Positions 1 to 15,200 of a DNA stretch of 64,000 bases are shown here, in pieces. Made by a program: the position numbers and the translations under genes. Every line of letters begins with the position of its first letter. Positions within the stretch are counted from its first letter, which is position 1. The DNA comes from Lingula anatina (Eukaryota > Animalia > Brachiopoda): NCBI GenBank assembly GCA_051362555.1, contig CM120641.1:19220001-19284000 (forward strand), in the 5' to 3' direction. The notes below the pieces were generated by a model. That model saw only the letters and a list, made by a program, of their open reading frames with translations, did not search any database and was not told the origin of the DNA.

Positions 1-389
1 GACAAAGTATAATTTTTGACAGTATATAACTAAACCAACAGAGCTTTAAATATAACTAAAATTCCACTCACCTTGTATAGATCTGTATACACTGGAGCCC
101 CCTAATAAATTAAAGCAGAATCTAACAAACCAAATTCCACATTTTCTATTTCAATTTTTGAACAGTGTTCAGCACCAATATGATTTATATAAATATCAGA
201 AGCATTAATTATTTCAAAAAGGCTTTGTGAAAGGTATAGTATGGGTGTATTTTTGTAAATTGCAATCGCAAACATGAGCCTAGCTGTTCAGTACATATGT
301 GCAGATTAAGACAGGTCATAGGCTAAATAATTGCAGTGGTTTATAGACACTACTAGTAAGTAGGTGACATTACACAGGCATGAGTGCAA

Positions 390-415
390 TCTCTCTCTCT
401 CTCTCTCTCTCTCTC
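390..415. repeat. (CT)n microsatellite
   Basis: A run of ~13 CT units read directly. Confidence 0.9.
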
Positions 416-739
416 AAAAGAGACCAAATGTCTATTTACATTCCTGAAAATGTTTAGATAAGTGCATAAACTTGAGGTTCATGTTACATGTATCCCTAAA
501 CACCTGTAATCAAAGGCTAAAACTTAAAAAAAAAAAGTAGACCACAAATTTTCACATCCCTTCTACAGTATTAATACATCTTCATCAGTATAATTTTATG
601 TGATAGCAAGCACATTAATTGGTTTCAAAATCTCTGTTGTTATACATTTATACATGTGCATTTGCTAATTTGGATTTTTTTTTTTACTTGCAGTCATAAA
701 TTTCTTTTAAATTGACATCCATGCTTTTAATCTTTCCAG

Positions 740-1452
740 GTACAAATGGTTGGAAACCATACTCTATGTGGTGTTAGGGGCCTGTCCCGCTGTATCTGTA
801 GTAGCCATGGTAAGTGAAGATGGAAAAAAACTGTCATATAGTAGAAAAAAGCTGCCTTGCCTCACTTGGTTTGTCTGTAAAAGAATTTTAAAGGTTAATG
901 AGAAGAAAGATTTGCCCCCTTAGCCTTTCCATTTCTTTACAATTTCTCCAAAGACAAGGGAAGGTTTCCCCTTTTTTTACTTCTTTGTATTTATTCATAT
1001 ACTTATAGAACAGTTTTATAAAAAGCAGAGATCTTGAATTTGTACAATGAAACAAATGGTCATCCAGTGAAAATGGACATATATTATTCTACACAATAGG
1101 TACCAATTAACTCTGACTCCATTTTACCTTATGGGACAATTTACCTAATGCACCAATGTGTGAAAATTAAAGGCTGTTTAGTACCTTGTAAGACAAAAGG
1201 CTAATTAAACTGGTATGGCAATACCTTTTATTATTTAATGCACATTTTGTTTTACAGAAGAATGTATCTGGATTGACTGAGATGGCATTTGGCGGAATGG
1301 TCTACATCATTGGTGTGTTCTTCTTCAAGTGTGATGGCGTCCTTCCATTTGCCCACGCCATTTGGCACTGCTTCGTATTTGTAGGGGCAGCCTTCCATTA
1401 CTATGCTGTCTGTAAATACCTGCTTGGTCCACACAATGTGGAAGCTTCCTGA
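740..1452 (+). CDS. MMD: Monocyte-to-macrophage differentiation factor (MMD/MMD2, PAQR/HlyIII family), last two coding exons; 5' part lies outside the window
   Basis: Exon 740-809 (ccag|G..ATG|gtaagt) encodes YKWLETILYVVLGACPAVSVVAM. Exon 1258-1452 (acag|AAG..TGA) encodes KNVSGLTEMAFGGMVYIIGVFFFKCDGVLPFAHAIWHCFVFVGAAFHYYAVCKYLLGPHNVEAS*. GVFFFKxDG-x-PFAHAIWH is the MMD/PAQR C-terminal signature. Confidence 0.9.
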
Positions 1453-4400
1453 CCTCTTCCCCCCCACCCACCCCTTCAACACACAAACAGGTACATGTAT
1501 CATACACATTGGATATGTTATTTAGATTTACAAATAGATTAAATAAATAGTAATTATATATCTTTGGTATTACCATTTTTAAAAAAACTACAATTGACTT
1601 TAGTGCATTATACAAATAATAGGGGTTTATCTTTGATATTATGAATTTATTAGCTATTTGATATTATGAGAATTTTTGAGGGAATTTACCCAAAACTGAT
1701 ATTTTTGAGAGTACCAGAACAAGAAATGATAATTGTGGACAAAGGAGATTTGTAGAATTTGTAGACAGAAGCACTTATTTTTTAGGATCCCTTTCTATTA
1801 CTGGTATATATAGCATTACAAGAAAGTAGGCATTGCCTAGTTGAGCAAGTGTGTTGAAATTTTAGATCTTATGATAAGAATGCATAAACAATATCAAGAA
1901 AATGTGTTTCTGATAATTGTAGTGTTCATGTTTCACAAATATCGACTTAATACTGTACTTAGATATTGTCATGTATAGAGATCTCAGCTTATCCAATTTT
2001 GAAGTCATGTAAATATGACACGTTTGGTGACCTAGATTAAACATGACCAATGTAAAGAGATACTAGTTTTCTGAGAAGGTGGTGTGGGCATGATGCATAA
2101 TTATTGGATTTTTCTTTTCAAATAACTTTGATATAAAAAAAATCAGTATTTTGCATATGTGTAATATTGTGTGGTACTTTAATTCACTTTTCCAGGCGAT
2201 TTACTTTGGTGTCAAGTAGTAAGCACTCCCACAAGATACTTATGATAGAGTGCGCATGATAATGAATGAAAATCATCTGAGATCATTTGGCACTGCATGT
2301 TCTCATACGAGACTAGTTATTATGTGAAAAATCCACGTGAGGTAGGGTTAATTTTTTTTGCAATAAGGGTGAAATATAATGTGCCAAGAATGTCTTCTTT
2401 GAAAGCAATACTGAAATGATGTTATATATAAAACATTGTGAATACTTACTGTTTTGCAAAAGACTGTTATGCCACAGAACTTCAGAGAAAACGACCAGAA
2501 AATTTTTGTGGATAAATTTTGCCAACTTTTATTAGTTGCTGCACTGCACACAATATTCTGTCATCATATTTAACCCCACTCTCCTCCAAATTTTGCAAAA
2601 TCTCTCTTGGTTTTAGAATAATGTGTGGACTTTGGGATATCTCAGATGATTTGCATTCTACCAATGGGAAGGCCAAACAAAGGCAAATTCCTTCTGTTAC
2701 AATTTCAGTGGGTGGGACAACAGAAGGATTAGATTGGCTTTCTATGACTAGAGCTTGTAATCACAAATTCTGCTTAGGCACTATTTGCTATGTTAACTGG
2801 AAGTGAACCTTTACTGTTACAGCATTAAGTTAAATCATGTTTCTTGTTAGCATATCCAGTTGAAGGAAATTTTTTGCGCCATATGCTTTTCTCACCATTT
2901 GAGGGAAGAACAAAGTCTAAGTCATGCATACCATTATGCTTGTGTTTTCCAGTCCTTTTGGACAGCAACAAAATAAGGTTGCCAAGAGTTTGTATCTTAA
3001 ATGCTTTAATGTAGAAATATTGCTTGTCATGTTTTTGTACAATTTCCCTTGAAAAATGAAGATCTTTATGGAGTTGATAATGTTGCCCATTACCATTAAT
3101 TGCTTAATATTCTCTCAATTCAAAGGGCACTTCTGTGCCCATTAATGCTATTTTTGTGGTACTGGCTAAAAGCTATTTTACACTACTTCATAAAATAACA
3201 AAAATCTTATCACCCACTAACTATATGCTTAGTGTTGCAGCTTTTGTGGCACAAACTTAAGTCAGTTTACACAATTCATAGGAAAAAAGACAATTATTAA
3301 TACCTACATTGTATTGTTTTATTTTATGATTATTATAAACTAATAACAGTATTTTATTTAAGCAGTTATTCTTTTGTCTGTGACCATGCTGGCCAATGGG
3401 CACTAGATTTGTTACAGGAATATACATCTTGTTGCTTTGTTATGTTTTTTGTAATGCTGTGATTACTTTAATTTACTTTTAGTTCTGGTGTCTTAGTGAA
3501 TTTTTTTTTATTTTTACTGTGGCATCTGTATTGATGATTTTTAATATTTCTGACTTTTTGCACATTTATTACATTTTCAAACACTTCTCAGAAAATCAAG
3601 GGTGTTAAATTGTTTTGCTTATGTACATGTAATTGATGTATGCCTTGGATTTTATATTACTTTTGAAATATAGACCATGGTATATGTAGTCTAACCTCAA
3701 ATTTTACTTTCATATATGTGTTATTAGTATTTATATGATAGCATAACCAAATCAAGCTCTTTATCATTTAAATACTTTGATCTCTTTGAAGAAAAATTGT
3801 TTACAGAAAGCATTAGACAATTTCATCACAAGTGATATCACATTAAAATCATATATAGCTAAATTTACAACATTGAGTTTCAGGGTAAAGTTTACCGTCT
3901 GGACCATTATATGGCCTTCTTGTCTGGGCAATTTGTATTGGAAGGTGAATCTCTTAGGTGGAAAAATAATAGGTTAAGTGTTTTCTATACGTGTCTGTTG
4001 CCTTTATAAACAAACTTATGCCAAAATATTCTGATTACAACAACAAAACTATTTTCATTCTTTGAAAGATTAAAGATGTGGTGTGCCTTGAGTTTTGATA
4101 ATACAACTTGATGAGGTCACATACTTAAACACCTAATTTTTTGTACAATCAAAGGAAAGGATTTAGAATTTTAATAATAAAACAATTTATTTTTTAATGT
4201 TACAAAATGTTGAACCTTTGTAGTAATTTTTTATAGAAAATAAAAATAAATTTGACCCATTTGACAGTAAAAGAGAATGATGAATACATTTCATAATTTA
4301 TCTTTGTCAAAGGAAAAAATAATGTGGGGAATCTTTTTTTAGTCATATATCTCAGTAAAGAGTAATGTCTCTAAGGTCTCAAAAAAGTATGTGATAATTA

Positions 4401-6271
4401 TTTTGCTAGTCATATTTATATTTTACTGACAAATAAGATATGGATACACTGATAAAGGTTAACCTGCTGGTAAAATATGACTTGCAAAATGTTTGCAGGT
4501 CTGATATTTAGATTACAATTTGCCATTAAAAGGGAAAGTAGATGGTTTCACACTGCATTATTATTGTAATTTTGATAAGTATCAGCTACAAGGTTTAATT
4601 GTATTGTATTGCTTATTAAATATTGATATACATCAATTTAAATGCTCATTTAATATGTTCTCTGGGTATAATTTACTTCTGGATGCTGGTTATATTATGT
4701 TGTTGTGTAATGTATACAGGGTTACAAGCACAGGTGTTAATAACAGTATTTATGTTACCTATGTGACAAGCCATTTACCCCCTGAAATGGTTATCATTCA
4801 AAGATCAATATTTTGAATTTACAACCTGAATTTCTGTTTAAGCCACTGTGCCAAAGACAGCCGATATTAAAAAGTTCCAATTTCACTGAGAGTTTTGCAT
4901 TGACCGATACCAGACTAATACCAATTACCATTGTACAATCATATAATTAGTATTTTTGTATCAGACTGCATGTCTTATTAATCTAACTACAGACCAGTTA
5001 TTTTTAACTCAGATGTTGCAGATAATTATCAGAGGCTAGGTTAATACCTGGATGAAAACCAGAGCCTAGCATATTTTACTTCTGATTTTTATAACATTTC
5101 AAATAAGATGGAATATAAACCTACAGTGCTGTTTTTATCTCACAACTGTTTTGATTATGGAACTCTTTGTTGGACTAACTGTCTTTTATTAGAGATATTT
5201 TTTGTTGGTAATTGTCAAATGAACTTGTTTAACATTATTAGGGCTACGTAGATAGAACTGGATGTAGATCATTAATGCTATGAATATAATCAAAATGTTT
5301 TCAGACATGACCACTTTGGACTGAAAAACATGTTAATTCATGCCATTAGATAAATAGATTACAAATAGATACGCTATAGTAGAGGACAGATGAGCGAAAA
5401 GTTAGAAAACACAAAAAATATAAAGAATAAGTCAGAGATTAATCTGTGAACATCTAGTGAAAATCAATCTGTGGTCCTGGTAAGGGAAACAAAGAGACCA
5501 CTCTCATTATTCTTCAATTAACAGATAATAACATAAAGGTCTCTTTCTCAACCAAAGACTTGATATTAACCAATTTCCAGTTGACTATAGACTTGATATT
5601 GACCCATTTCTGGTCTGATGTAGTCCTCTTTGAATAGGACTTAAGATGGGGGCAAATGGCTGACTAGAAATTTATATCATCTTTAAACAGACCAGATGTA
5701 TGTGACAGTTACTCATAATTAGTTTTTATTTGTGATTTTATGGCTAATTGTCAGTTATAGTGATAATTGTTCATCAGAGACAATTTGTGACTTGTAGAGA
5801 ATTTGTATAGATCTATTTTACTTTGAAGTAAAAAATATAATTTTGTTTCAAAGCTCTTTATCATGGTTTTATTTTTGCAAACCCTGATAATACACAACAT
5901 TGCAAAAACAATAATAAAAATTTATAAAATCAGTAACAAACAACAGATATTTTAAGAGATGTAGATGTAAAAAAAAAAAAAAAACAGTGCCAGTCCCTTC
6001 TGCCCTGGCTTGACTTTGGCTAGGTATGGATGAGAAATTATTGTGCCAGATGAGATTCAGTTCATAAAGTTTGCTCATCTACAGCAATTTCGCAGTTGCT
6101 CTCTAACTAACAAAGCAATGCATTGATTGTTTTTGATAAAAAGTATTTAAACTTGAGATTGTTGAAATTAACACGCTAATATTTATCAATATTGTTTGGA
6201 CGGTATGTTTTTAACAGTTCATTCACAGAATGCTGCATTTTCCTTCTTCCATGGTGTGCAACTCTTGTATC

Positions 6272-9200
6272 CTAACAAAGAGAAGACGTTACTTTCATTG
6301 CATTTTTTGCATTCCCCTTTGCTACAAGCAGTTTCAGATTGTCTCCAGAGCCTCGAATCAATGACATAGCACTGAAAAAGTCAATGGGGCATTCAGGTTA
6401 CAATTGTGCGGCCTTAAAATAAAGCACTAAAGTGTTTTCAACCGACAAAGCGGTCACTATTAAATTTTAAAAACGCGGGTGAAGCAGAATGATATATTTT
6501 GCATAGAGATTGCTTTGGAAGAAATACTGTGAAAACGAACACTTCTTTGTTGTAAAACTGATGTACTCTGGTTAGTGACTAATCTTTTCAGCGAGTGTTT
6601 GGCAAAAAAAGTACATAATTAACCATTTATTCCTTTATTTGATTATCCCCCTCTATTTATTTATCTATTTATCTAATTTAACTGAGACAAAGCCATATAC
6701 CTTTGATAGTCTGCACCTACAATCCCCTTCCCATTCACGGCTAGAATGCGATCTCCGACGTTGAGCCGCCCATCTTCTACTGCGGGGCCCCCTGCCACTA
6801 ATGTCCTCACGTAAATACCAGCACTTCGCAGCGGAGTGTACTGCAAGATAAAAATGAGAATAATATAAGCTGACAGAGAGGGGTAATAAAATTGAGAACG
6901 AGATTTCAAGTTTAGTAAAAGCGACATGGTCTTTAATCATTTTATCTCTTGAAAAAAAAAAACGACTTTTTACGACCACTCGAAAAAATCTAACACGTTT
7001 CATTCCCACTATTAGGTACAATACCCCACATTCATAAATATTTTTTGCCAAATGAGAGACCAAAGGTCTATTTTGGTACTTTTTTAAAAATCTCAGTTAT
7101 ATATTTAATTGCAAATTTTTTCATCTATTTTTTGCAAAGGTGGAAATGGTCTGAGGATGCACATTTTTGCTCCTCCCACTTCTTTCTATTCTGGATCCAC
7201 CAAGATCCCTCGTATCATAATCTATTGCCAGATAATAGATTCCATCACTTACTAGTCCGTCAATGAGCCCCAGGCCCAGCCCTTTGTCTCCTTTCTTCAG
7301 CTCTACTTCTACTGTGTCGTCAGGAGTGACGTTGAGCAAATTATCTGTCATGGTTTGTCGATGGAGTAAGAGATCCATTTCGGATTCTTTTACGCCTTAA
7401 ATAAAACATAGTTATGTAACTAATACCAAATATTTTATAATGTATCATTTCATTTACCAAACTTTCGGATGTGATTTCCAATAGACATTATTTTTATATT
7501 ATATCTGTCTAATAATGTATATCTTTCGATTTCTATGTTCTTTATTAGCAACTTCTGGTGACAAGTATTACTAAGAAACGTTTCCATCCTTGCACGAATT
7601 AAAACAATAATAGGAATGTACATTTAAATATACTACACTCATTTCTTTACGATGGGAACTTATTGCACATCAGCAACAACTGCACTTACAGAAACAAGCA
7701 CAATGCAAGAAAGCCGAATAAACTTTGAAACAAAAACAGGCGTTGGAAATCCAAGAACTATTGCCTGACTAAAAAGCGTATTAATCTATAATGAATCATG
7801 AACCAATATATATAATAACGAAAAAATGAATAAAACCTGTTAACATTGAATATAAGTACACTTTATACTAATTAAAAGAAAATTATAATTGTTAGTTGGC
7901 ATGCGCTTAAAAAATTCTTCACGCCTAATACTGCCGACAAACAAGTTACCTGTGTCGTCATATTCCTCTTCCAGGATTTCTAGGACATAATAGTTATTAG
8001 TAGATAAAGTGTTTTCAGGGGAAGTGCGATCGTCAGTTGTTAGTGGCAACACTCGCAAGCCGCTGTTGTGCGTTTTGGTTAAAGCGTCTACTACTGATAC
8101 CTCCATCACATTTTCTAAGTCATCCCTACCCGGGTTAGGGTTAATAGCACCACCCTCAGCGGCATCCACACCACCATGTACCTTGTTAATGGGTGCACTA
8201 CTACCGAGGACCGTCCTCAAGACTGCATTGTCTGGGGGCGGAGGTCTGGGGGGTGGGGTCGTTTCCTCCCGAGTGGTTCTGGTCGAATCTACGTCTGCGA
8301 ATGTTTTTTGAGAGAGGGCGTCCGGGGTTGACGGAGGTGTTGGAGGTAGGGGTTTATTTTTGGATTTATCGCGAGCTTTGTCAGAGCTGTTGTCGGAAGA
8401 GTGCGTGTCAGAGCCTATTTGTGTTGGCAAGGGGTTGGACATAGTGCGGAATGAGTATTTCTGCTTGACTCTCCGTGTGACGAGGTTTGGGGCCTGGGTA
8501 GAATCTGGGATTTCGTCGGCAGCAGGCGTCCCTGTCCGGCGCGCAACATGTTTAGCAAGGGCTTGGCCAGGTAATTTGGCGGTAAACCCGTAACTCAAGT
8601 TTTCCACTGGCTTCACATTTTGATGCGTTGGTCGCAGTGGCCACGATTCTGACAAAACGTCTCTTCTTTGGATTTTTTCAATGGATCGCCTTCTAAACCC
8701 TCCCGCCGCGGCGACGGGAAGAACATCGTGACACTTGCGTATGGCGGCATTCAAGTTGCCGTTTACCCCTCTCTGGTACAACTCCTGTCGCACGGACATG
8801 CGTCTTTCAACGCCAAATTTTTCCGAGGCATCCGTTTCCGAACTCTGACTGTCGCGTTTTCTGGTTGCGTCACACAAGGAGCTCTGTCGTCTAGGCCGGC
8901 TGGACAGCGACGCCAGTGAGGTATCGGTGACGCTTCGTGTTACTCGAGAATTTGGTGGGTGTCGCCAGGACCGGAGCGTGGGGGCGTCTCCGGCATCTAC
9001 TTCACTACTGCTGGTGCTCCTCACCTCACAGATGGCGACACGGTCGCGGTACTTCATAGGAAGTTGATGGCGGGGGAAATCTGCAGCACCGAAGCTGCTA
9101 CTTAGATCGCTCAGTTCACTGTCTACATGAGAGCTTGCACTGTTCTCTGGTATATTTTCATGGTTCAAGCCAATGACCCGTGCAATACCCTGTGCTGCGT

Positions 9201-12200
9201 GATCCGGTATTTCGTATTCTTCCAGCTCATCATCATCTCCATCCTCCACGTCATCCTCGTTGTCTAAAATACAAGACAGCATCAGCAACAAAGCCACCCG
9301 TTCACACCCTGACCGAGTACATACCACAAAGTTAAAAGCCCCCATATCATGGCCGAGTTCCTTCTGCGAATGCCTCTTTCATGTTTTGATGCTTGTATTT
9401 AATTCCCCAAGAAGCTTAAAAAAATTCACATCAAAAATAAAAATGCGTGAGCAGAAACCACCCTGAGCTTCAGAATACAATCGATAACATACTTTCAACA
9501 AACAAATTAAATCGGTATGGGTGTGTCGATAAAAGAGGCGATTTGTCAGAAGACGGAACCCAAGGGTGGCAGAAAATGGCCGGGGACGTGATCTCATATA
9601 TTTTGTAATTAATAGCACCTTTTCCCAAGAAATTAGTCGTGCACAGAGTATATATATTTCTTAAAAGCAAGTAAGCGTATATCTAAATGTATATCATAAT
9701 CATGGAAAGCTGTATTTACAGGTAACACATATAATATATCATGCTATGCACATCATGCGGTTACAATACACAGGCCAATACCTTAAATAGGGTTTCATGC
9801 AATAGGCGTATTATAGGATATTGTTAATATATATGGTATTAAATATAATATTACGTCTTTATTAAACTGATTTACCACGAACTCAGGTGCAATAGTTGAT
9901 ATAAATGCTACTCACATTCTTCGCTGGACGGTTTGAATTCTTCTTGCAGGTTTTTCCAGACGTCTATGAAAGTCGGGTCTGGTACTTTGTGGAGGTCTAT
10001 GGAGCAGTGCCCCTTAGGGAGGACCAGGGGCGGATGGTTGTTGAAACTCTCCATGATGGATTCTAATAAAGAAAGATTTGATATATTTTGGCACCTAATT
10101 ATTTATTGTCTTTTTTTTTCATTGCCCTAACTTTTATAATGTTAGGGCAATCTGTCTGTACAAATTGTTCGCTTTGGCTACTTACAGAGCAATCATTCCA
10201 TATGCATATTTGTTATTTACGTACCAATTAATCGAATTGCATTTAACTATTACAACCAACTTTTTTTTGTTACTGCATTTCGAACTCGTAGTAATATATG
10301 CCACTGACTTAGGTTTAAACTAAACAAAAATTAGACACCAAAGTGTCACATCTCCATAGCGGATCGTACCCAGCTCGTTGGCCTGCTCTGACTCCTGCTC
10401 TGAGGGTGCCCAGTCGTCCGGCCGCCGTTTTCCACAGAGCTGGTAGTTGGTAAGAAGATGATGCAGCTGACCTGGGTTTAGGTTAGGGAAGTCCTTTCTC
10501 AGGGAGTACCAGTCCGACTGAAATTATCTCGAATAAATCATTGCAATCCAACATCATGAACATGGGCGATTGAAAAAAAGAAGCTTGGCACTAGTGATTT
10601 GTTACATTATGCATTACATTACAAGGTTATTGTTAGAACAAGGAGTTTTTATCTGGCGGCGGTTGAGAAATCCCCAAAACTATAAATGTGGAATTTAAGT
10701 TTTAGGGAAATCACAAAAAGGAACATTAATGTCTTTTTAATATTTTAATTTGTGCGTGGTGTAAAATTTTGCGTCATCGAAAAGGCCTCAAACATATCAA
10801 ATTTTACAACGAAATCAAAATCACTGAAATAATATGACAAAAAATTGCTTTTGTAGTCGGGATCCATCAAAGAAACCCTTCGACTTGAAGTCGTAATTTA
10901 TTTATCAACATTTTCGTTATCATTACTATCATTATTCAATGGAATGTTTATCAACCTTTCATTGACTTTTATGTAACAACAAGTTACAGATTTCAAAGTT
11001 TTTAAGTGACCACTAACCTGTAACAGCTGGACTTTCGGCATGGCCAGCAGGTTAGAAACCATATTGATTTTTTTCAGGTACGAGCTTCCTTCTTCGTAGA
11101 AGCCACTTTGGTTGCACCAGTTTTCAATGTGATCTAAATTTCCACGAAGCTGTGCACCTTGAATCCACTGAAAATATTGACCATCTTTTCCTAAAAGAGG
11201 AAACATTGGGGTTATCATTATAATCAATGTTATCTTTTTATCATGACTCATGAAATTGATAGGTATTTATCAAAGGTTGTGCAGGTCATTTAATCTTGGG
11301 CATATTTACTACCAATAAAATATAGATTTTGATTAATTAATATAAAATGATTAAATACATTAAAATCAAAAGAGTGAAAATGTCATTTTGATTTTTCCCC
11401 TTCTCTTTGTCTGCACCAGCACTAACCTTTTTCCATGACCCAGTTAATGAGAGACGCATTTGAGAAGAAAAACAGATAACAAAACAGCTGTGACACCACG
11501 TGGGGGTGGACCAAATTGGCCTTCAACGCGTCTAGAGTGTTCTGAAATATGCTCAGGATGTCTTGTAGCGTTGGTGGACACTGTCCACTCGAACTCTCGT
11601 TTTTGCTGTCCTGGAAAGGATTGGTGTCCAAGATGGCGGGCAAAACGACATAAAGAGCCTGAAAAAGACGAGAAAAATGTCACAAGTACGGGTTAGACAT
11701 ACACTCTGAAGAAGGGGTTTCACTTTATAAAAGAAGCACATATTGCATATAGTTATTTCACGTTTTTTACTATAATTTTCCATGGCAAAAGCGTGAGCGT
11801 GGGCTTTCTGGGGACGGGGTTTCCTTTAAATGTAAATACCCTGATTCTCTACGCGTCAACAGGATTTGTAACTTTTTAGCTTTTTGAAAATCGTTTTTTT
11901 TAAGTCAAAACGATATGCAACGCTGCATGTAGAGAATATACGCAAGGGTCAAAGTATCTAGTCACCCCCTCAACGGATCAATTGAGCCCCAACCTGGGTT
12001 CGGTATATTGGTTCCAGTTGCGCCATACTATAAAGAAGTGTGTAAACTGCCCGATTTGTTGAATCATGAAAGTTTACTAAAGCTAAAAAAGCACAAGTGG
12101 AAGAGCGGTGTTTTTGAGGAACCGGTGCAATAATAACCAATTGCAAACTAGAACAACAAATTAGTTAATGGAAATAATTCGCTGTTTGCACGCAGAGCTG

Positions 12201-15200
12201 CAGACAATATTAAAGGGAGTGTGCGAACCAATAACCGATCAGTTTTTAATTCACCGCCATACAATTGGCGAATAATTCGTTAAAGCTAGGAAGGGACTTG
12301 CACAAACAGAGAAATGCTATAATCTATAAATTAATTGTCCGATGTGAATTCTAAAGTATAAAAGAATTCCAACAGAACACCAGTACACTTGAATGGCCTA
12401 AATGTGGGAATGGAAGCTAAACAGCAATTTTGAAGCTGTTCAATGGCTTTTGATTGAGATCAGGGGCTAATTAACGGGACGTGTAAATACCATTATGGTT
12501 AGAGTCAGGGTTAATCACAAATGACCAAAAAGAAATCGAAGCCAATAAGCTATTCTTTGAAGATAGCTAGAAGGAAATTGACTGACCACGTGTACGTTGG
12601 CACACTATTGGCGGTAGAAAGGTCATATATGTCATGATATGTGACATGGCTAAACTGGGCCATACATGAAACAGAATAGGAAAGGACGAGGAAAATAGGA
12701 GAGGGGAGAGGGAGGGAGGGAGGGAGAGAAGGAGGGTGTAGAATGTGTGAAATAACATATCGTAGTAGCGTTTCAAACATACACACAAAAAACTTTTATG
12801 ATACTTATTTTAATAATCTTAAAAGATAAAGTTAACTCCCCATAAAAAAAGTGGGGGGGGGGGGGGGTAACAAATGTGATACCTTAGTGAGATAGTAGAC
12901 TGTCTGTTGAAATGTGTACATAACAACCTCCTCAAGCACAGCCAACATCTCCTCGTCTACTTTCTCCGGGGCCACACGAGTCCGCGCCTGCAACTTGTCG
13001 CACGGCTCCATCATCATGTTGGGAAGGTTCTTTTTGAAAAAGTTTAACATTTCCAGAGCGTTCGACATCCAGTAAACAATGCCCCTGAGATCACGAAAGA
13101 GATCTTTGTCTGTTGCACCCTCCTGAGTGGAAAGCCTACAGATTTAGAACAATCATAAAAAAGTATTTTAAAAAGACCGTTTCTTCCTACAAAAAAAAAT
13201 TAAAAAAAAGGTTCAAAATGCATTAAATAAATATTAGTCTAGATCTAAACATATTGCACTCAAAGAATAAAAATTAAAATGCAATTAATCCAAGGTCAGT
13301 GTTACAAGAGACGTAAAATAAGCAATAAACAATGCCTAGGTATTTATTATCACCGTGATGCTCTCTCTATATGTCGAACCGCTGCAGATGAAAATAAATT
13401 AAAATATACACAGGGGGATTTTCTTCAAAACAAGGTTATCACAGGTAAAAGGGCAAAGTTTTGAACATCAAAAGAAAAAGTATTGATATGTTAGGAATTG
13501 CTTTCTTTGTATTTTGATCACTGATCGTGTCAATAATATTTTAATAAAATTCATCGAAAAAACACTCAAATACTTACAATTCTCCATGACGATCCGCCAA
13601 CAACTTTGTTTTATTCTGAAATAATTGAAGGACATTTTGGGCTACAGAAGGCAGAATTATCAGAACACGTACTGCATTAGCTGCTCTTGAACCAGTACAG
13701 ACTATCTTTGGAACTTCAATGCAAATTCCACTTTGTCACTCAGGGCATCGCATAAGACATAAATACGTGTAGAGATATTTAGTTCAAAATTTGACACTTG
13801 TTGAAATATGAATACAATGACGTCAGTGCTGCTCGATACACATATAACATGATATATCACAATTGTGTGTTAGGGAAAATGCACGTGACAGTACAGTTTT
13901 CATATTTAACCTATACTAGGTTGACCCGTTTTCAAGCGGTCTATGTCCACATCTCAGTATTTTTATTTGCCGTTAGCACAACCAACCGTAACCCTCCCAT
14001 TCCCTACATGAAATGCTTTGGTTGCACCATTTTGGTCATTCTGACCTGTACGGATATTTTCTACATCAATAAGTAGGCCTACCTTTGTTTATAGCACCGA
14101 TTTCTACATCATTTTGACCGCTACTTACGTCACTGAGACCAATACCCAGCGAGACTAAAACGTGCCACACTTATTTTCATTCGAATGATCTTAACTAAGA
14201 ATGTGCACCCGCACCATAAAACTAAAGCGTGCAACAGTGATCTTTATACAAATGATCTACGTCGAATTGTGGACTGCCTTCGAGAGACATTCAAGTGCAA
14301 TAGAAAACTTACCCAAGCCTCCTGCTGTACAAGACCTGCTATCTTCTGCACTAAACTCCTGACGATATACTTGTCAAACTTCATTGCATAGTAATCCACA
14401 GCCATCACAAACAAGTAAGCAGGGCACAGAGGAAAAATATCGTCCGTCGCATTACACAAATGGAGAATCCGTTGCAGAAGCTCGTCTTCTTTTTTCTGTT
14501 TGAAAGGTAATTTCAGTTTTGTTGTATCTCGTTTATATTCTGTCTCCCGTTGTGTCTGCTTCGGCTCCTTCCTCGGGTCTCTTCTTTTTCTGGTCTTGCT
14601 CCTAGATTTTCTTTCCGATTTCATGTCGGTACGTACGTCGGAGCTAGTGTCGGATTCGCTGTCTGCGGACGCACTGTGTGGCGCATTACCAGCAGCAGGC
14701 GCGTGATCCGGTTTGGTCGTCAACCACGGCACATTCCGGGGGATCTCCTCACCTGTGGTTGGGTCTTTGAATAGGAAGACATAGTGCTCCCCAATGGACA
14801 GCAAATCACCCTGCTTGATATTTGTCAAAGATGACACTGGACAGTTGTTTATAGCCACGAAAGCGTCCGCCAGTGGATCAACGGACACTATGTCACTCTC
14901 TGACGGCGTTGGATTTCTTATCATCCAGCAGTGCTGTAAACTAACATCCGGTGCGTGCAGAGATATGTCAGTTTTCCTAGCATCGTCCGTACCACGGCCT
15001 ATCATAACTACCTGTTCCGCTAGGGGATAAACTAGGGAATCCTGGAGCATATTATAGCCCCGTAAGGTAATGAGAAATGGATAAGCCGTTGGGGGATGAC
15101 TGTCCAACCAGCTAAACTCGAGAGGTTTTGTGCTGTCATTATAGTCGTCGGTAGGGGTATGGTTGTGTTCATTATTGGCATCACAGTTCAAAGCTTGCGA

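Noticed and set aside
7840-9345. 501-aa ORF as a stand-alone gene
   Set aside because: Splice sites at 9263 and 7950 fit in phase between the DIL and PDZ exons, so it is a low-complexity linker exon of the RADIL-like gene.
11950-12135. ~60-codon stop-free stretch on the plus strand inside a RADIL intron
   Set aside because: It has no in-frame ATG, no convincing splice sites and no recognisable homology.
12876-12882. GTATCAC donor as a possible U12-type intron
   Set aside because: It does not match the GTATCCTT U12 consensus, and no U12 branch site was seen.
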